Source: Bacteroidales bacterium (lineage in GTDB: Bacteria; Bacteroidota; Bacteroidia; Bacteroidales; UBA10428). Taken from it: a stretch of 64,000 bases of DNA. Positions 54,557-63,682 of the stretch are shown here, piece after piece. Location: contig JBGSSA010000220.1 of NCBI GenBank assembly GCA_041737295.1, positions 32,170-96,169 on the forward strand. Direction: 5' to 3'. Position 1 is the first letter of the stretch. Every line of letters begins with the position of its first letter. The notes below the pieces were generated by a model. The model was not told the origin of the DNA. It saw nothing but the letters and a program-made list of their open reading frames with translations, and made no database searches. Both the position numbers and the translations under genes were made by a program.

Positions 54557-55924
54557 ATGAAAACACCAACGCGAATCCTGGTTGTTTTACTTATTGGCCT
54601 GGTTTTTCCTTTTTCGGTCAAGGCCTTTCAGTTAAACCAATTTTCTGTCACAAACTTCGGCGCCGAGGCCGACGGTATTACCGATAATACAAATGCCTTC
54701 CGGCAGGCCATCAGGGCAGCATCGGCGTCAGGGGGAACCGTGTTTGTACCCGCGGGGAAATATTTGATCAGAGGAAGCCTGCATCTCGAAGGGGTCTCCC
54801 TCCAGGGAGAAAACCTGGCTCCCCGATCCTGGGAACCCCTGAACGGAACGATCATACTGGCAACGGGGGGCAGGGATAATGAAAAGGCAGGGGCCTTGTT
54901 CGAGATGCGCAATTCCTCCGCCGTTTCAGGAATTACGGTATATTACCCGGAACAGAATGTGGATACGATCCACGCCTATCCATGGACTTTTCATATCGGG
55001 AGTTATTCACCTGACTCAACCGTATTCGATTGCACCATTGAGAATGTTACCCTTATCAACAGTTACAATGGCATCCATGCCGGACCTAATGAAAATGGGA
55101 GGCACCGAATTAATAGTGTATTCGGATGTGTTTTAAGAAGGGGCATATTCGTTGAAAGTGTGGGCGACATCGGCAGGATTGAAAATGTACAGTTTCATTG
55201 TCATTTCTGGGCAAGCCCGGCTACAAACGGCGATTTTCGCAAAGTGTTCCAATATATGCAGGCAAACTGTGAAGCATTCATCCTGGGACGAAGCGACTGG
55301 GAATACCTGACCAACACTTTTGTATTCCCGGCAAAGATCGGGTATCATTTTATCCACACTGAAAACGGCAATTGGAGCGGCTCCTGTAACGGACAATTCA
55401 GCGGCATTGCAGCCGATGCCACTGAGACCTGCATTGTGGCGGAGTCCATCCAGTCGCAGGGATTGCTGATTACCAATGGGCAGTTTAATTCCCACCTGGC
55501 CGGGCGAAGCACCCAAATTTTAGTGGAAAAGGATTGCGAGGGTAGCATCCGGTTTACCAACTGCGGATTTTGGGGACCCGTAAAACAGAATGTTCACATC
55601 CTGGGAAACTCCTACGTGTCTTTTATGAATTGCTATTTTTCAAGCAACCATGTGTCAAAGGACCCAGATGACCCTGACTGGTCGATCATTGCAGAAAACG
55701 GGAAATTGCAGGTGCAGTCCTGCACATTTGATGGTACGCAAACCGATGAAGTGAAACAGTGGACTTATGCGGGAGAAAAACGCCGGCCTGAAAGCATATG
55801 GCTGAAAAAAGATGTAAAAAGCGCAATCATCACCGGCAATAACGGATTCAACGGGATATCTGTAAAAAATGAAATCGGCAGTAGGGCATATCTGTCTGGA
55901 AATGAACCTAATAGTAATAAATAA
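54557..55924 (+). CDS. Secreted pectate-lyase-superfamily (Pectate_lyase_3 / GH55-like beta-helix) protein
   Basis: Signal peptide, then FGAEADGITDNTNAFRQAIRAASASGGTVFVPAGKYLIRGSL, the characteristic N-terminal block of this beta-helix family. Confidence 0.6.
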   Translation: MKTPTRILVVLLIGLVFPFSVKAFQLNQFSVTNFGAEADGITDNTNAFRQAIRAASASGGTVFVPAGKYLIRGSLHLEGVSLQGENLAPRSWEPLNGTIILATGGRDNEKAGALFEMRNSSAVSGITVYYPEQNVDTIHAYPWTFHIGSYSPDSTVFDCTIENVTLINSYNGIHAGPNENGRHRINSVFGCVLRRGIFVESVGDIGRIENVQFHCHFWASPATNGDFRKVFQYMQANCEAFILGRSDWEYLTNTFVFPAKIGYHFIHTENGNWSGSCNGQFSGIAADATETCIVAESIQSQGLLITNGQFNSHLAGRSTQILVEKDCEGSIRFTNCGFWGPVKQNVHILGNSYVSFMNCYFSSNHVSKDPDDPDWSIIAENGKLQVQSCTFDGTQTDEVKQWTYAGEKRRPESIWLKKDVKSAIITGNNGFNGISVKNEIGSRAYLSGNEPNSNK

Positions 55925-55938
55925 TCCAATAATATATA

Positions 55939-56958
55939 ATGAAATTACTCATCATCGGTGGAACAGGAAACATCAGTACAGGAATCACAAAAATGATGCA
56001 GGGTAAAGGCCATGATATTACCCTTTTTAATAATGACACCCGGCGGCCCGACTGGCTGTTGCAAGAGGTTAATGTCGTTTGCGGCAACAGAAACGAACTC
56101 GACAAGTATGAAGCCGGACTTTTTGCTTCGGGATCTTATGATTGTGTAATGGATATGATATGTTTTGAACCGAAAGATGCTGCAATAGATATCAGTCTGT
56201 TTAAAAACAGGACAAAACAGTTTATTTTCTGCAGTACGGTGGATGTTTATCCTAAAACAGGATCAGGCTATCCCATAAACGAAGATACGGTTATTGGCGC
56301 CCTGCCTTCTTTTCCTTATGCATACAAAAAGGTTGAATGTGAAAAACTGCTATGGGAGGCACACAGAAAAAAATATTTCAGCCTGACTGTCATTCGTCCG
56401 GCCGCTACTTATAATGAATCATGGAGTCCCGGTGTACATACCTTCGGGGGGCAAACCTATCATCTTCACCGGTTGCTTCATGGCAAACCCTTCATTTTGC
56501 ACGGGGATGGCAATTCAATATGGACAGCTGCCCACAGGGACGATACGGCAAAGGCCTTTACCGGCGCCGCAGGCAACGAAAAAGCCTATGGACAGGCCTA
56601 CAATGCCAATGGCGACGAAATGTACACAATGAAGAAAATGTGGCGCACTATTGCCATAATTCTCAATGCCCCCGAGCCGGATTTCATCTATATTCCCACG
56701 AACCTGCTATATAAAATGGCCCCGGCGGAATCTGAGTGGTGCCGTGAAAACTTTATGCACAATAACATCTTCGACAATTCCAAAGCCAAATCTGACCTGG
56801 GCTTTAAATATACCATACCCTTTGAGAAAGGTGCTAAAATGAGCTGTGATTATTTAATCCTCCATAACCTGGTTGAGGACTCGGGTAATTATCCGTTCTA
56901 TGAGGCAATTATAGAACAATGGCGCAGCCTGCAAGAAAGCCTGCATAAAATCAACTGA
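55939..56958 (+). CDS. NAD-dependent epimerase/dehydratase family (extended SDR) protein, cytoplasmic
   Basis: MKLLIIGGTGNISTGI is a Rossmann GxxGxxG. A YxxxK candidate (YAYKKVECEK) is present. 339 aa, no signal peptide. Confidence 0.75.
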   Translation: MKLLIIGGTGNISTGITKMMQGKGHDITLFNNDTRRPDWLLQEVNVVCGNRNELDKYEAGLFASGSYDCVMDMICFEPKDAAIDISLFKNRTKQFIFCSTVDVYPKTGSGYPINEDTVIGALPSFPYAYKKVECEKLLWEAHRKKYFSLTVIRPAATYNESWSPGVHTFGGQTYHLHRLLHGKPFILHGDGNSIWTAAHRDDTAKAFTGAAGNEKAYGQAYNANGDEMYTMKKMWRTIAIILNAPEPDFIYIPTNLLYKMAPAESEWCRENFMHNNIFDNSKAKSDLGFKYTIPFEKGAKMSCDYLILHNLVEDSGNYPFYEAIIEQWRSLQESLHKIN

Positions 56959-56970
56959 TTGATCGGTAAT

Positions 56971-58293
56971 ATGAATAATCAGACATTGAAGCTGAAGGTA
57001 TCTGACAATGGACATTTTCTCCAATACGAAAATGGATGCCCTTTTTTCTACCTGGCAGACACGGCTTGGGAACTGTTTCACAGGTTAACCCTGGAGGAAA
57101 TTGAGTTCTACCTGGAAACCAGGAAAGAACAGGGATACAATGTTATTCAATGTGTTCTCATCAGTGAATTGGATGGATTGAGAACCGGAAATGCATACGG
57201 ACAGATTCCGTTTATGGATGAAGATCCCTCGAGGCCAAATCCTGATTATTTTGATTTTATTCACAAAGTGCTCAGTTTAGCGCAGTCGTGCGGGATATTC
57301 ATGGCTTTGGTCCCGACCTGGGGGGATAAAATTGATAAAGTATTTGGCATTGGACCTGAAATATTTAATGAGACCAATGCTTTTGCTTATGGAAAATGGC
57401 TCGGAAAAAATTTCAATGAGGTACCTAACCTAATATGGATGAATGGGGGCGATCGTTCGGGTGCGGGACGAAATTATGCCGTGTGGGATGCACTGGGCGA
57501 AGGCATTAAATCGGGAGATCCCGGTCACCTGATGACGTTTCATCCCTGGGGTGAGGCAAGCAGTTCCATGTGGTTCCATGATGCAGGGTGGCTCGACTTT
57601 AACAGCTGCCAGAGTGGTCATTCCATGCGCAATTATCCGAATTACATGATGATTGCCTTTGATTACCTTCGACAGCCTGCAAAACCATGTATTGATGCAG
57701 AACCCCGATATGAGGCGCATGCCGTAAACTGGAAACCGGAAGAAAATGGAGTTTTTGATGAGTACGATGCCCGACAGGCTGCCTATTGGAGCGTATTTGC
57801 AGGTGCCTGCGGTCATACATACGGCGCACATCCGGTATGGCAGATGGCTGATATAAAGTGCGATCCCGTTGGATTTGTCAAACTTACCTGGAAAGAGGCC
57901 CTCACCCTTCCCGGGGCCTCACAATTGATCCATCTCAAAAACCTGCTCCTGTCGCGCCCCTATTCCGAACGGGTTCCCGATCAGAGCCTGCTTACATCAC
58001 CCAGGGTTGGCGATGAGCACATTTGCGCCACGCGCGGCGAAAATTACATCCTGGCCTATTTGCCCCGGGGAGGAACTGTTGAAATAAATGCATCCGGGAT
58101 CAGCCAATGGCAGGTAAATGCCTGGTGGTTCAATCCGCGCAACGGGGCTTCTGAATTTATCGGGAAAACAGATAACCATTCTTTGCTGAATTTTACATCA
58201 CCGTCATCAGGCAGGAATTTTGACTGGGTACTTGTGCTGGATGATCCTGAAAGCCGGTTCAATATTCCCGGTAAAACGTTGAGAAATCCCTAG
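56971..58293 (+). CDS. DUF4038 / GH140-like glycoside hydrolase with C-terminal collagen-binding-like domain; no signal peptide
   Basis: I chose the ATG at 56971; the ORF track uses a TTG at 56959. Blocks: NGCPFFYLADTAWELFHRLTLEEIEFYLETRKEQGYNVIQ, WMNGGDR, and the C-terminal AWWFNPRNGASEFIG. The N-terminus MNNQTLKLKVSDNGHF has no hydrophobic leader. Confidence 0.65.
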   Translation: MNNQTLKLKVSDNGHFLQYENGCPFFYLADTAWELFHRLTLEEIEFYLETRKEQGYNVIQCVLISELDGLRTGNAYGQIPFMDEDPSRPNPDYFDFIHKVLSLAQSCGIFMALVPTWGDKIDKVFGIGPEIFNETNAFAYGKWLGKNFNEVPNLIWMNGGDRSGAGRNYAVWDALGEGIKSGDPGHLMTFHPWGEASSSMWFHDAGWLDFNSCQSGHSMRNYPNYMMIAFDYLRQPAKPCIDAEPRYEAHAVNWKPEENGVFDEYDARQAAYWSVFAGACGHTYGAHPVWQMADIKCDPVGFVKLTWKEALTLPGASQLIHLKNLLLSRPYSERVPDQSLLTSPRVGDEHICATRGENYILAYLPRGGTVEINASGISQWQVNAWWFNPRNGASEFIGKTDNHSLLNFTSPSSGRNFDWVLVLDDPESRFNIPGKTLRNP

Positions 58294-58295
58294 CT

Positions 58296-59582
58296 ATGAG
58301 CAAACGAAGTAACAATCCCCTGTCCTATCTCTACCTCGTGTATTTCATTTACTTTTTTTGCGGTATGGCACAGTGTTTTGAAAGTGTCTTCCCCAATGAA
58401 TTTATCGAAAATTTTCACCTTACAAATACCCAGTGGGCCTATACTTCCCTGGCCAAAAACAGTGCATTCCTGCTGTTATCCATTCCTATCGGCTTTATTG
58501 CCTCCGGTATCGGGTATCGAAAGTGCCTGACAATTGCTATGCTCCTGTATTCGACCGGCACATTTTTAATCATACCGGCCCTCAATCATGGATGGTACTG
58601 GCTCATTCTGTCTGCTTTCTTTATTGTTGGGGCCGGTTTCAATTTTCAACTGGTAGTTGGAAATCCTTTGCTTTCTGATTTAGGTAAACCTGAAGGCAGT
58701 GCAAGCCGGCTTAACTTTGGAAATGCCCTGGGCGCCATTGCCTGGATAATTGCCCCTCTGCTCATCACAATTATAGTACCTGCCGGCATCACCCGTTCAG
58801 CAGATAAAATTCCTTACATGATCCGGATTTTTACGGCTATCGCAATAATATTGGTAATTACGTTGATAACCACTTTATTTATCAGGGAACAAAACCAATC
58901 TCAGAATCGAAACAAAAAAACTGCTTGGGAAAAGAGTTCAAATATACCAATATGGAAAAACACAAAGATATTGTTTGGCTTTGTGGCAATATTCCTGGTG
59001 CTGGGTTGTGAAGGGGGAATATTTTCATTTTACCAGGTGTATCTGAAAAACATCACTTCAACGCTTTCGGATCTGCAGAAATCAACTTTCACCCATTATA
59101 CAGGGATTCAGCTTACACAAAACCAGTTGTTATTTACTGTATTTTTTAGCTTGTATGCTGCAGGCCGTTTACTCGCCAGCATCATTCAAAGAAAGGTGAA
59201 ACCGGCGTTTACAGTACTGGGTTCTTTGGTTATTTCAATAGTTGTATTGGCCCTTGTAGTATTTGTCACCCAAGGCATTTCAGGAATTTTATTAATAACC
59301 AGTCTGGGGTTTTTTATCAGTATTCTGTTTCCTACCTTATATTCCATGGCTATTGAGGGATTGGGGAAGGATACAGCCAAGGCCTCCGGCATTCTGACCA
59401 TGGGCTTTCTGGGAGGTACCGTAATTCCTGTAATACAGGGAAAACTGGCGGATATTTTCACTGTTGGTTTTTCATTTATCATTCCTATTGTGGCGTATGG
59501 AATAGTTTTAATGTATGTATTCTATTATCTTCGGGTTACTTCGGATAAAATAATTACGAGTAACTCAAGCGTATATGAATAG
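58296..59582 (+). CDS. MFS sugar transporter, FucP/glucose-galactose (GluP) type
   Basis: 428 aa with a 12-TM pattern. The N-terminal region (FIYFFCGMAQCF...HLTNTQWAYTSLAKNSAFLLLSIPIGFIASGIGYRK) parallels the FucP family. Its stop overlaps the next gene's start by 8 nt. Confidence 0.7.
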   Translation: MSKRSNNPLSYLYLVYFIYFFCGMAQCFESVFPNEFIENFHLTNTQWAYTSLAKNSAFLLLSIPIGFIASGIGYRKCLTIAMLLYSTGTFLIIPALNHGWYWLILSAFFIVGAGFNFQLVVGNPLLSDLGKPEGSASRLNFGNALGAIAWIIAPLLITIIVPAGITRSADKIPYMIRIFTAIAIILVITLITTLFIREQNQSQNRNKKTAWEKSSNIPIWKNTKILFGFVAIFLVLGCEGGIFSFYQVYLKNITSTLSDLQKSTFTHYTGIQLTQNQLLFTVFFSLYAAGRLLASIIQRKVKPAFTVLGSLVISIVVLALVVFVTQGISGILLITSLGFFISILFPTLYSMAIEGLGKDTAKASGILTMGFLGGTVIPVIQGKLADIFTVGFSFIIPIVAYGIVLMYVFYYLRVTSDKIITSNSSVYE

Positions 59583-62500
59583 CAAATTCACCCGACGAAA
59601 TTTTGTTAAGACCTCGGCATTGGCCACAGGAACACTGGTTGCCGGAACCGCGGTTACTGCCTGCACACAAGGCAACCCTGGTCAGCCTTTGAAGGCTGAA
59701 ACCTTCCCTCTTTTTCATCATCCGGATTACAAACCTGCTGACGGTGTATCCGGATTATTGTTTTCACAAACTGGATACCTGCCTGATTATCCTGTTCGCA
59801 TAATTATCCGGTTACCGCAGGAAAAATACTTGTCGGAAAAGGCCCTTTGCAGGCTGGTTCCGGTGATTTCCGGGAAAAAGAACGAAACGCCCTTAAAATA
59901 CTGGGGTGAAATATGGAAAAGTCACTGGTGGATCGCTGAATTTACCGGCATTTCCGAGGGTGAGTGGAATGTGGAGATTCAGGATAAAGGAGATCTTGTC
60001 ATCCAGGATTCGGGACTAGTTGTTCAAAAGGACATTCTCTGGAAAAACACTGTTGAACTGGCTGCTGCAGACATGCTGGAACGCAGGGTTCATTTCACCA
60101 AAGTGGGTGCAGGATGGCAGGATGCCGGTACATTGTGGGTCGAAAGTCCCGCCCAGAGTGCCATGATCATCGCGCTTTCCGAACTGGTTGAAAAATCTGC
60201 TGATCGTATTGACGAGTTACTGAGAAAACGCATCTACAGGCAGATCGAAGTGGGGTGCGATTACCTGGTGATGACCCAACAAAAGGCCCGTGAACTTGGA
60301 TTTCCGTCCGGTTCCATGTCACACGATCTGCTCGGCCATGAAAAAGACGTTCTTTCAAACGATGCAATTAAAGCAGTAATTGCGTTAAGCAGGGCTTCCA
60401 GGCTATTGCCTGAAACATTCTCAACAAAAAAAGTAACGTACCACGCGTCTGCAAAACAGGCTTTTCAATGGCTGACCACTTCTGCCCGGCCACTGGGCGA
60501 TCTGGGACTCAGCCGGTTTCAGCGCGGTTTGCCTGAAAATGTGGTAATTCCCGAAAATGAATGGCAGACCCGGGACCTGGTATCCCTTTGCTGGGCCAGT
60601 CTCGAACAATGGAAGAACAATGATCCTGCTGCTAAAGAATGGGCAATACAATATGCAGGTGAGATCATGGCCCGCCAGATTCAGGGTGAGAAACCGGAAA
60701 ACGGATTTTATGGCCATTTTATCGAATATCCTTCCATGCCGCATAGTGAAAAATCCTGGATCCATGGTATAGTAAACAACCAGTTTGGCGCCGACATCGG
60801 CGGTATATACCCGAATTACCTGGTGCCACTGGTGGAAATGCTGCAACTATGGCCCGACCATGAAGATGCAGAAAAATGGAAACAAACCCTGTACCGGTTT
60901 GCATACGGATACCTCATCCCGGCATGCGAACTGAACCCTTTCCTGCTCGTTCCACAGGGAATTTTCGGACAGGAAGGCCCGGTATGGTTTTGCGGAACAT
61001 TTCACGGGACCAATGCCATTTATGGATATACCGCTGCGCTTGCCCTTGAACTGGCGGAGCTTTTCAATGAACCCCGGTTAAAAAATATTGCTTATGGCAA
61101 CCTTCAATGGCTGGCCGGGTTGAATGGGGGAATTACAACGGAAAATCTGAAAGCAAGCGTGGTTTACAGCACGGATATTCCCGAAGGAGTTGCTCTTCCT
61201 GTAAGTATGATGTGCGGTGTGGGCAAACGCTGGGCAGGTAACTGGTTTCAGACGCGCGGGGTGATCTGCAACGGGTTTTCAACCGGAAAACAGTTTGTTT
61301 ATGACACGGAACCCAAAAAAGCGAACGACGGCCCCTTTTCGTTGACAGATGAGGACTGGATTCCACACAGCGCCTCCTGGCTTACAGGGCTGATCAGGTT
61401 GATCAGTGCAAAGGGATCATCCCGGGTCCTTAAATCCATCCTGATTCCGCTGGCATTCCTCCTGTATTCATCCTCCCTGTTCTCCCAACCCTGGGAAACC
61501 CATGGCAACCTGTTGGTTTCAAAATCCAACCCGCATTATATCCAATATGAGGATGGGTCACCTTTCTTCTGGCTTGGTGATACAGGTTGGGAAATGCTTC
61601 ACCGCCTTAACCGGGAAGAAACAGATACCTATCTTGAGAACCGGAGGACAAAAGGATTTAACGTGATCCAGACGGTTATAATCAGTGAATTTCTCCACAT
61701 GGATAAACCCGTAAATTATTATGGAGACAGCATTTTTGAGCGGGAAGATCCGGAATTGCCTCTGACTACTGAAGGCAGTGATCCGAAGGATAAAATTGAG
61801 TATGACTATTGGGATCATGTGGATTTTGCCATAAAAATGGCTGAAAGCAAAGGATTATATATGGCCCTTGTTCCTACCTGGGGTGAATGGGTGATACCCA
61901 GAACGGACAGTCCTCTGTTTAATACTAAAGAGCAGGCCTATAACTATGGCCGCTTCCTCGGCAACAGATATGGCAAATTCCCTAATCTTATCTGGGTGCT
62001 TGGTGGTGACCGCCATCCGGATGAACGCACATCCGGCACCGAACTTTGGCGGGCCATGGCTGAAGGCATAGCGGACGGGGTGAACGGACAGAAAAATCAG
62101 GATGGAACAGCGGATTATTCGACCACATTTATGACCCATCACAGTTTTAATTCATCATCCACGTGGTTTCACAACGATCCCTGGATTGATTTTGATATGT
62201 GGGGTTCTTATCATGCCGAGATCAATAACATCCGCAGCTATGAGCAGGCTACCGCGGACTGGAATTTGCCTGACCCAAAACCTACAATAAATGGCGAACC
62301 TTGCTACGAGGGCCATGGTGTGAATTATGCCATTGATGATAATGGCTATTTCACCTCCACGGATGTGAGGCTGGCAGCCTACTGGAGTGTCTTTTCAGGG
62401 GCGGCTGGTTTTACCTATGGTGCCCAGCCGGTATGGCAATTCACTGACAGCACGAGGAAAAAACATTCACCTAAAACACTAACATCATGGCAGGAAGGCC

Positions 62501-62883
62501 TTGATTTGCCAGGTGCTCTTCAAATGGGCTCTTTGAAGAAACTTATGGAATCACGACCGATGCAAAACATTGTTCCTGACCAATCCCTCATCATCCGAGG
62601 CCAGGGAGAATGTGGAGGTTATGCTCGTGCCATCCGGGGCAAATCACACATTTTTATATATATTCCGACTGGAAATTCAGTACGAATAAAATTGGGCATT
62701 GTTCCGGGTGAGAAGATCAGGGCATCATGGTTCGATCCGCGCAATGGAGATTCAACCCTGATCGGGGAAATTGATAACAAGGGCGAACATAGTTTTGATG
62801 TTCCGGGTATGTCAAAAGAGCTGGCCTGGCTTAAAACAGGCAGGGGATGCGACTGGGTTCTGATCCTGGATACACTAAAATAA
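59575..62883 (+). CDS. Tat-signal fusion protein: N-terminal GH9-like (Ig-like + alpha/alpha-barrel-like) region joined to a C-terminal DUF4038/GH140-like module
   Basis: Tat/lipobox-like leader TRRNFVKTSALATGTLVAGTAVTAC. LFSQTGYLPDYPVRIII resembles the CelD_N Ig-like start, and GAGWQDAGT resembles the GH9 GGWxDAGD block. From about aa 640, DGSPFFWLGDTGWEMLHRLNREETDTYLENRRTKGFNVIQ ... ASWFDPRNGDSTLIG is paralogous to 56971-58293. Confidence 0.6.
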   Translation: MNSKFTRRNFVKTSALATGTLVAGTAVTACTQGNPGQPLKAETFPLFHHPDYKPADGVSGLLFSQTGYLPDYPVRIIIRLPQEKYLSEKALCRLVPVISGKKNETPLKYWGEIWKSHWWIAEFTGISEGEWNVEIQDKGDLVIQDSGLVVQKDILWKNTVELAAADMLERRVHFTKVGAGWQDAGTLWVESPAQSAMIIALSELVEKSADRIDELLRKRIYRQIEVGCDYLVMTQQKARELGFPSGSMSHDLLGHEKDVLSNDAIKAVIALSRASRLLPETFSTKKVTYHASAKQAFQWLTTSARPLGDLGLSRFQRGLPENVVIPENEWQTRDLVSLCWASLEQWKNNDPAAKEWAIQYAGEIMARQIQGEKPENGFYGHFIEYPSMPHSEKSWIHGIVNNQFGADIGGIYPNYLVPLVEMLQLWPDHEDAEKWKQTLYRFAYGYLIPACELNPFLLVPQGIFGQEGPVWFCGTFHGTNAIYGYTAALALELAELFNEPRLKNIAYGNLQWLAGLNGGITTENLKASVVYSTDIPEGVALPVSMMCGVGKRWAGNWFQTRGVICNGFSTGKQFVYDTEPKKANDGPFSLTDEDWIPHSASWLTGLIRLISAKGSSRVLKSILIPLAFLLYSSSLFSQPWETHGNLLVSKSNPHYIQYEDGSPFFWLGDTGWEMLHRLNREETDTYLENRRTKGFNVIQTVIISEFLHMDKPVNYYGDSIFEREDPELPLTTEGSDPKDKIEYDYWDHVDFAIKMAESKGLYMALVPTWGEWVIPRTDSPLFNTKEQAYNYGRFLGNRYGKFPNLIWVLGGDRHPDERTSGTELWRAMAEGIADGVNGQKNQDGTADYSTTFMTHHSFNSSSTWFHNDPWIDFDMWGSYHAEINNIRSYEQATADWNLPDPKPTINGEPCYEGHGVNYAIDDNGYFTSTDVRLAAYWSVFSGAAGFTYGAQPVWQFTDSTRKKHSPKTLTSWQEGLDLPGALQMGSLKKLMESRPMQNIVPDQSLIIRGQGECGGYARAIRGKSHIFIYIPTGNSVRIKLGIVPGEKIRASWFDPRNGDSTLIGEIDNKGEHSFDVPGMSKELAWLKTGRGCDWVLILDTLK

Positions 62884-62908
62884 CAATACCTTGGATTTAA
62901 GTTTTTCG

Positions 62909-63634
62909 ATGTGGATACTGGCCATCCTCTGCGCATTCATGATAGGAATGGCTAAAACAGGGATACATGCACTGGGAACACTGATTGTTCCTGTCATGGC
63001 CTTTATTTTTGGAGGAATGCCCTCATCCGGACTGGTTTTACCCATGCTGGTAATGGCGGATATATTCGGGGTGTTGTATTACCACAGGAGCGCTCAATGG
63101 AAGACCCTGCTTAAGGTATTGCCATGGGCTTTTGCAGGGATACTTGCCGGACTTCTTGTCGGGAAAAGCATTTCAGCGTTGCAATTCAAATACCTTATTG
63201 GGATCCTTGTCATAGCCAGCCTTTTGGTGATGATCTGGCTTGAAATAAAGAAAAAGAAGAACGGGGATGCCATTCCGCATAAAGTATGGTTTGCCTTGCC
63301 GTTTGGAATTATGGGAGGTTTTTCCACCATGATCGGAAATGCAGCAGGTCCGATCATGAGCGTTTATTTACTGTCGATGAACCTCCAAAAAAACATCTAT
63401 ATCGGAACAACTGCCTGGTTCTTTTTTATCGTCAATGTATTTAAACTACCCTTGCAGATTTGGGGATGGCATAATATCACGCTGAAAACCCTCAGTTTTA
63501 ACCTTGTATTGCTGCCGGCCATAGCCCTCGGTGCCTTGGCCGGAATAAAGATCGTTAAGCTGATGCCCGAAAGTGCTTACCGGTGGTTTATTGTGGCTGC
63601 CACATTTGTTTCGGCAATTGCGTTGTTTTTTTGA
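62909..63634 (+). CDS. TauE/SafE family (sulfite/organosulfonate exporter-type) membrane permease
   Basis: I chose the ATG at 62909; the ORF track uses a TTG at 62891. About 240 aa and polytopic. Blocks MWILAILCAFMIGMAKTGI, GMPSSGLVLPMLVMADIFG and GFSTMIGNAAGPIM fit the family pattern. Confidence 0.7.
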   Translation: MWILAILCAFMIGMAKTGIHALGTLIVPVMAFIFGGMPSSGLVLPMLVMADIFGVLYYHRSAQWKTLLKVLPWAFAGILAGLLVGKSISALQFKYLIGILVIASLLVMIWLEIKKKKNGDAIPHKVWFALPFGIMGGFSTMIGNAAGPIMSVYLLSMNLQKNIYIGTTAWFFFIVNVFKLPLQIWGWHNITLKTLSFNLVLLPAIALGALAGIKIVKLMPESAYRWFIVAATFVSAIALFF

Positions 63635-63682
63635 TTAGCTTCAACTGTCCTTCGTTTAACCAATTGAAAAATAATTCAACTG

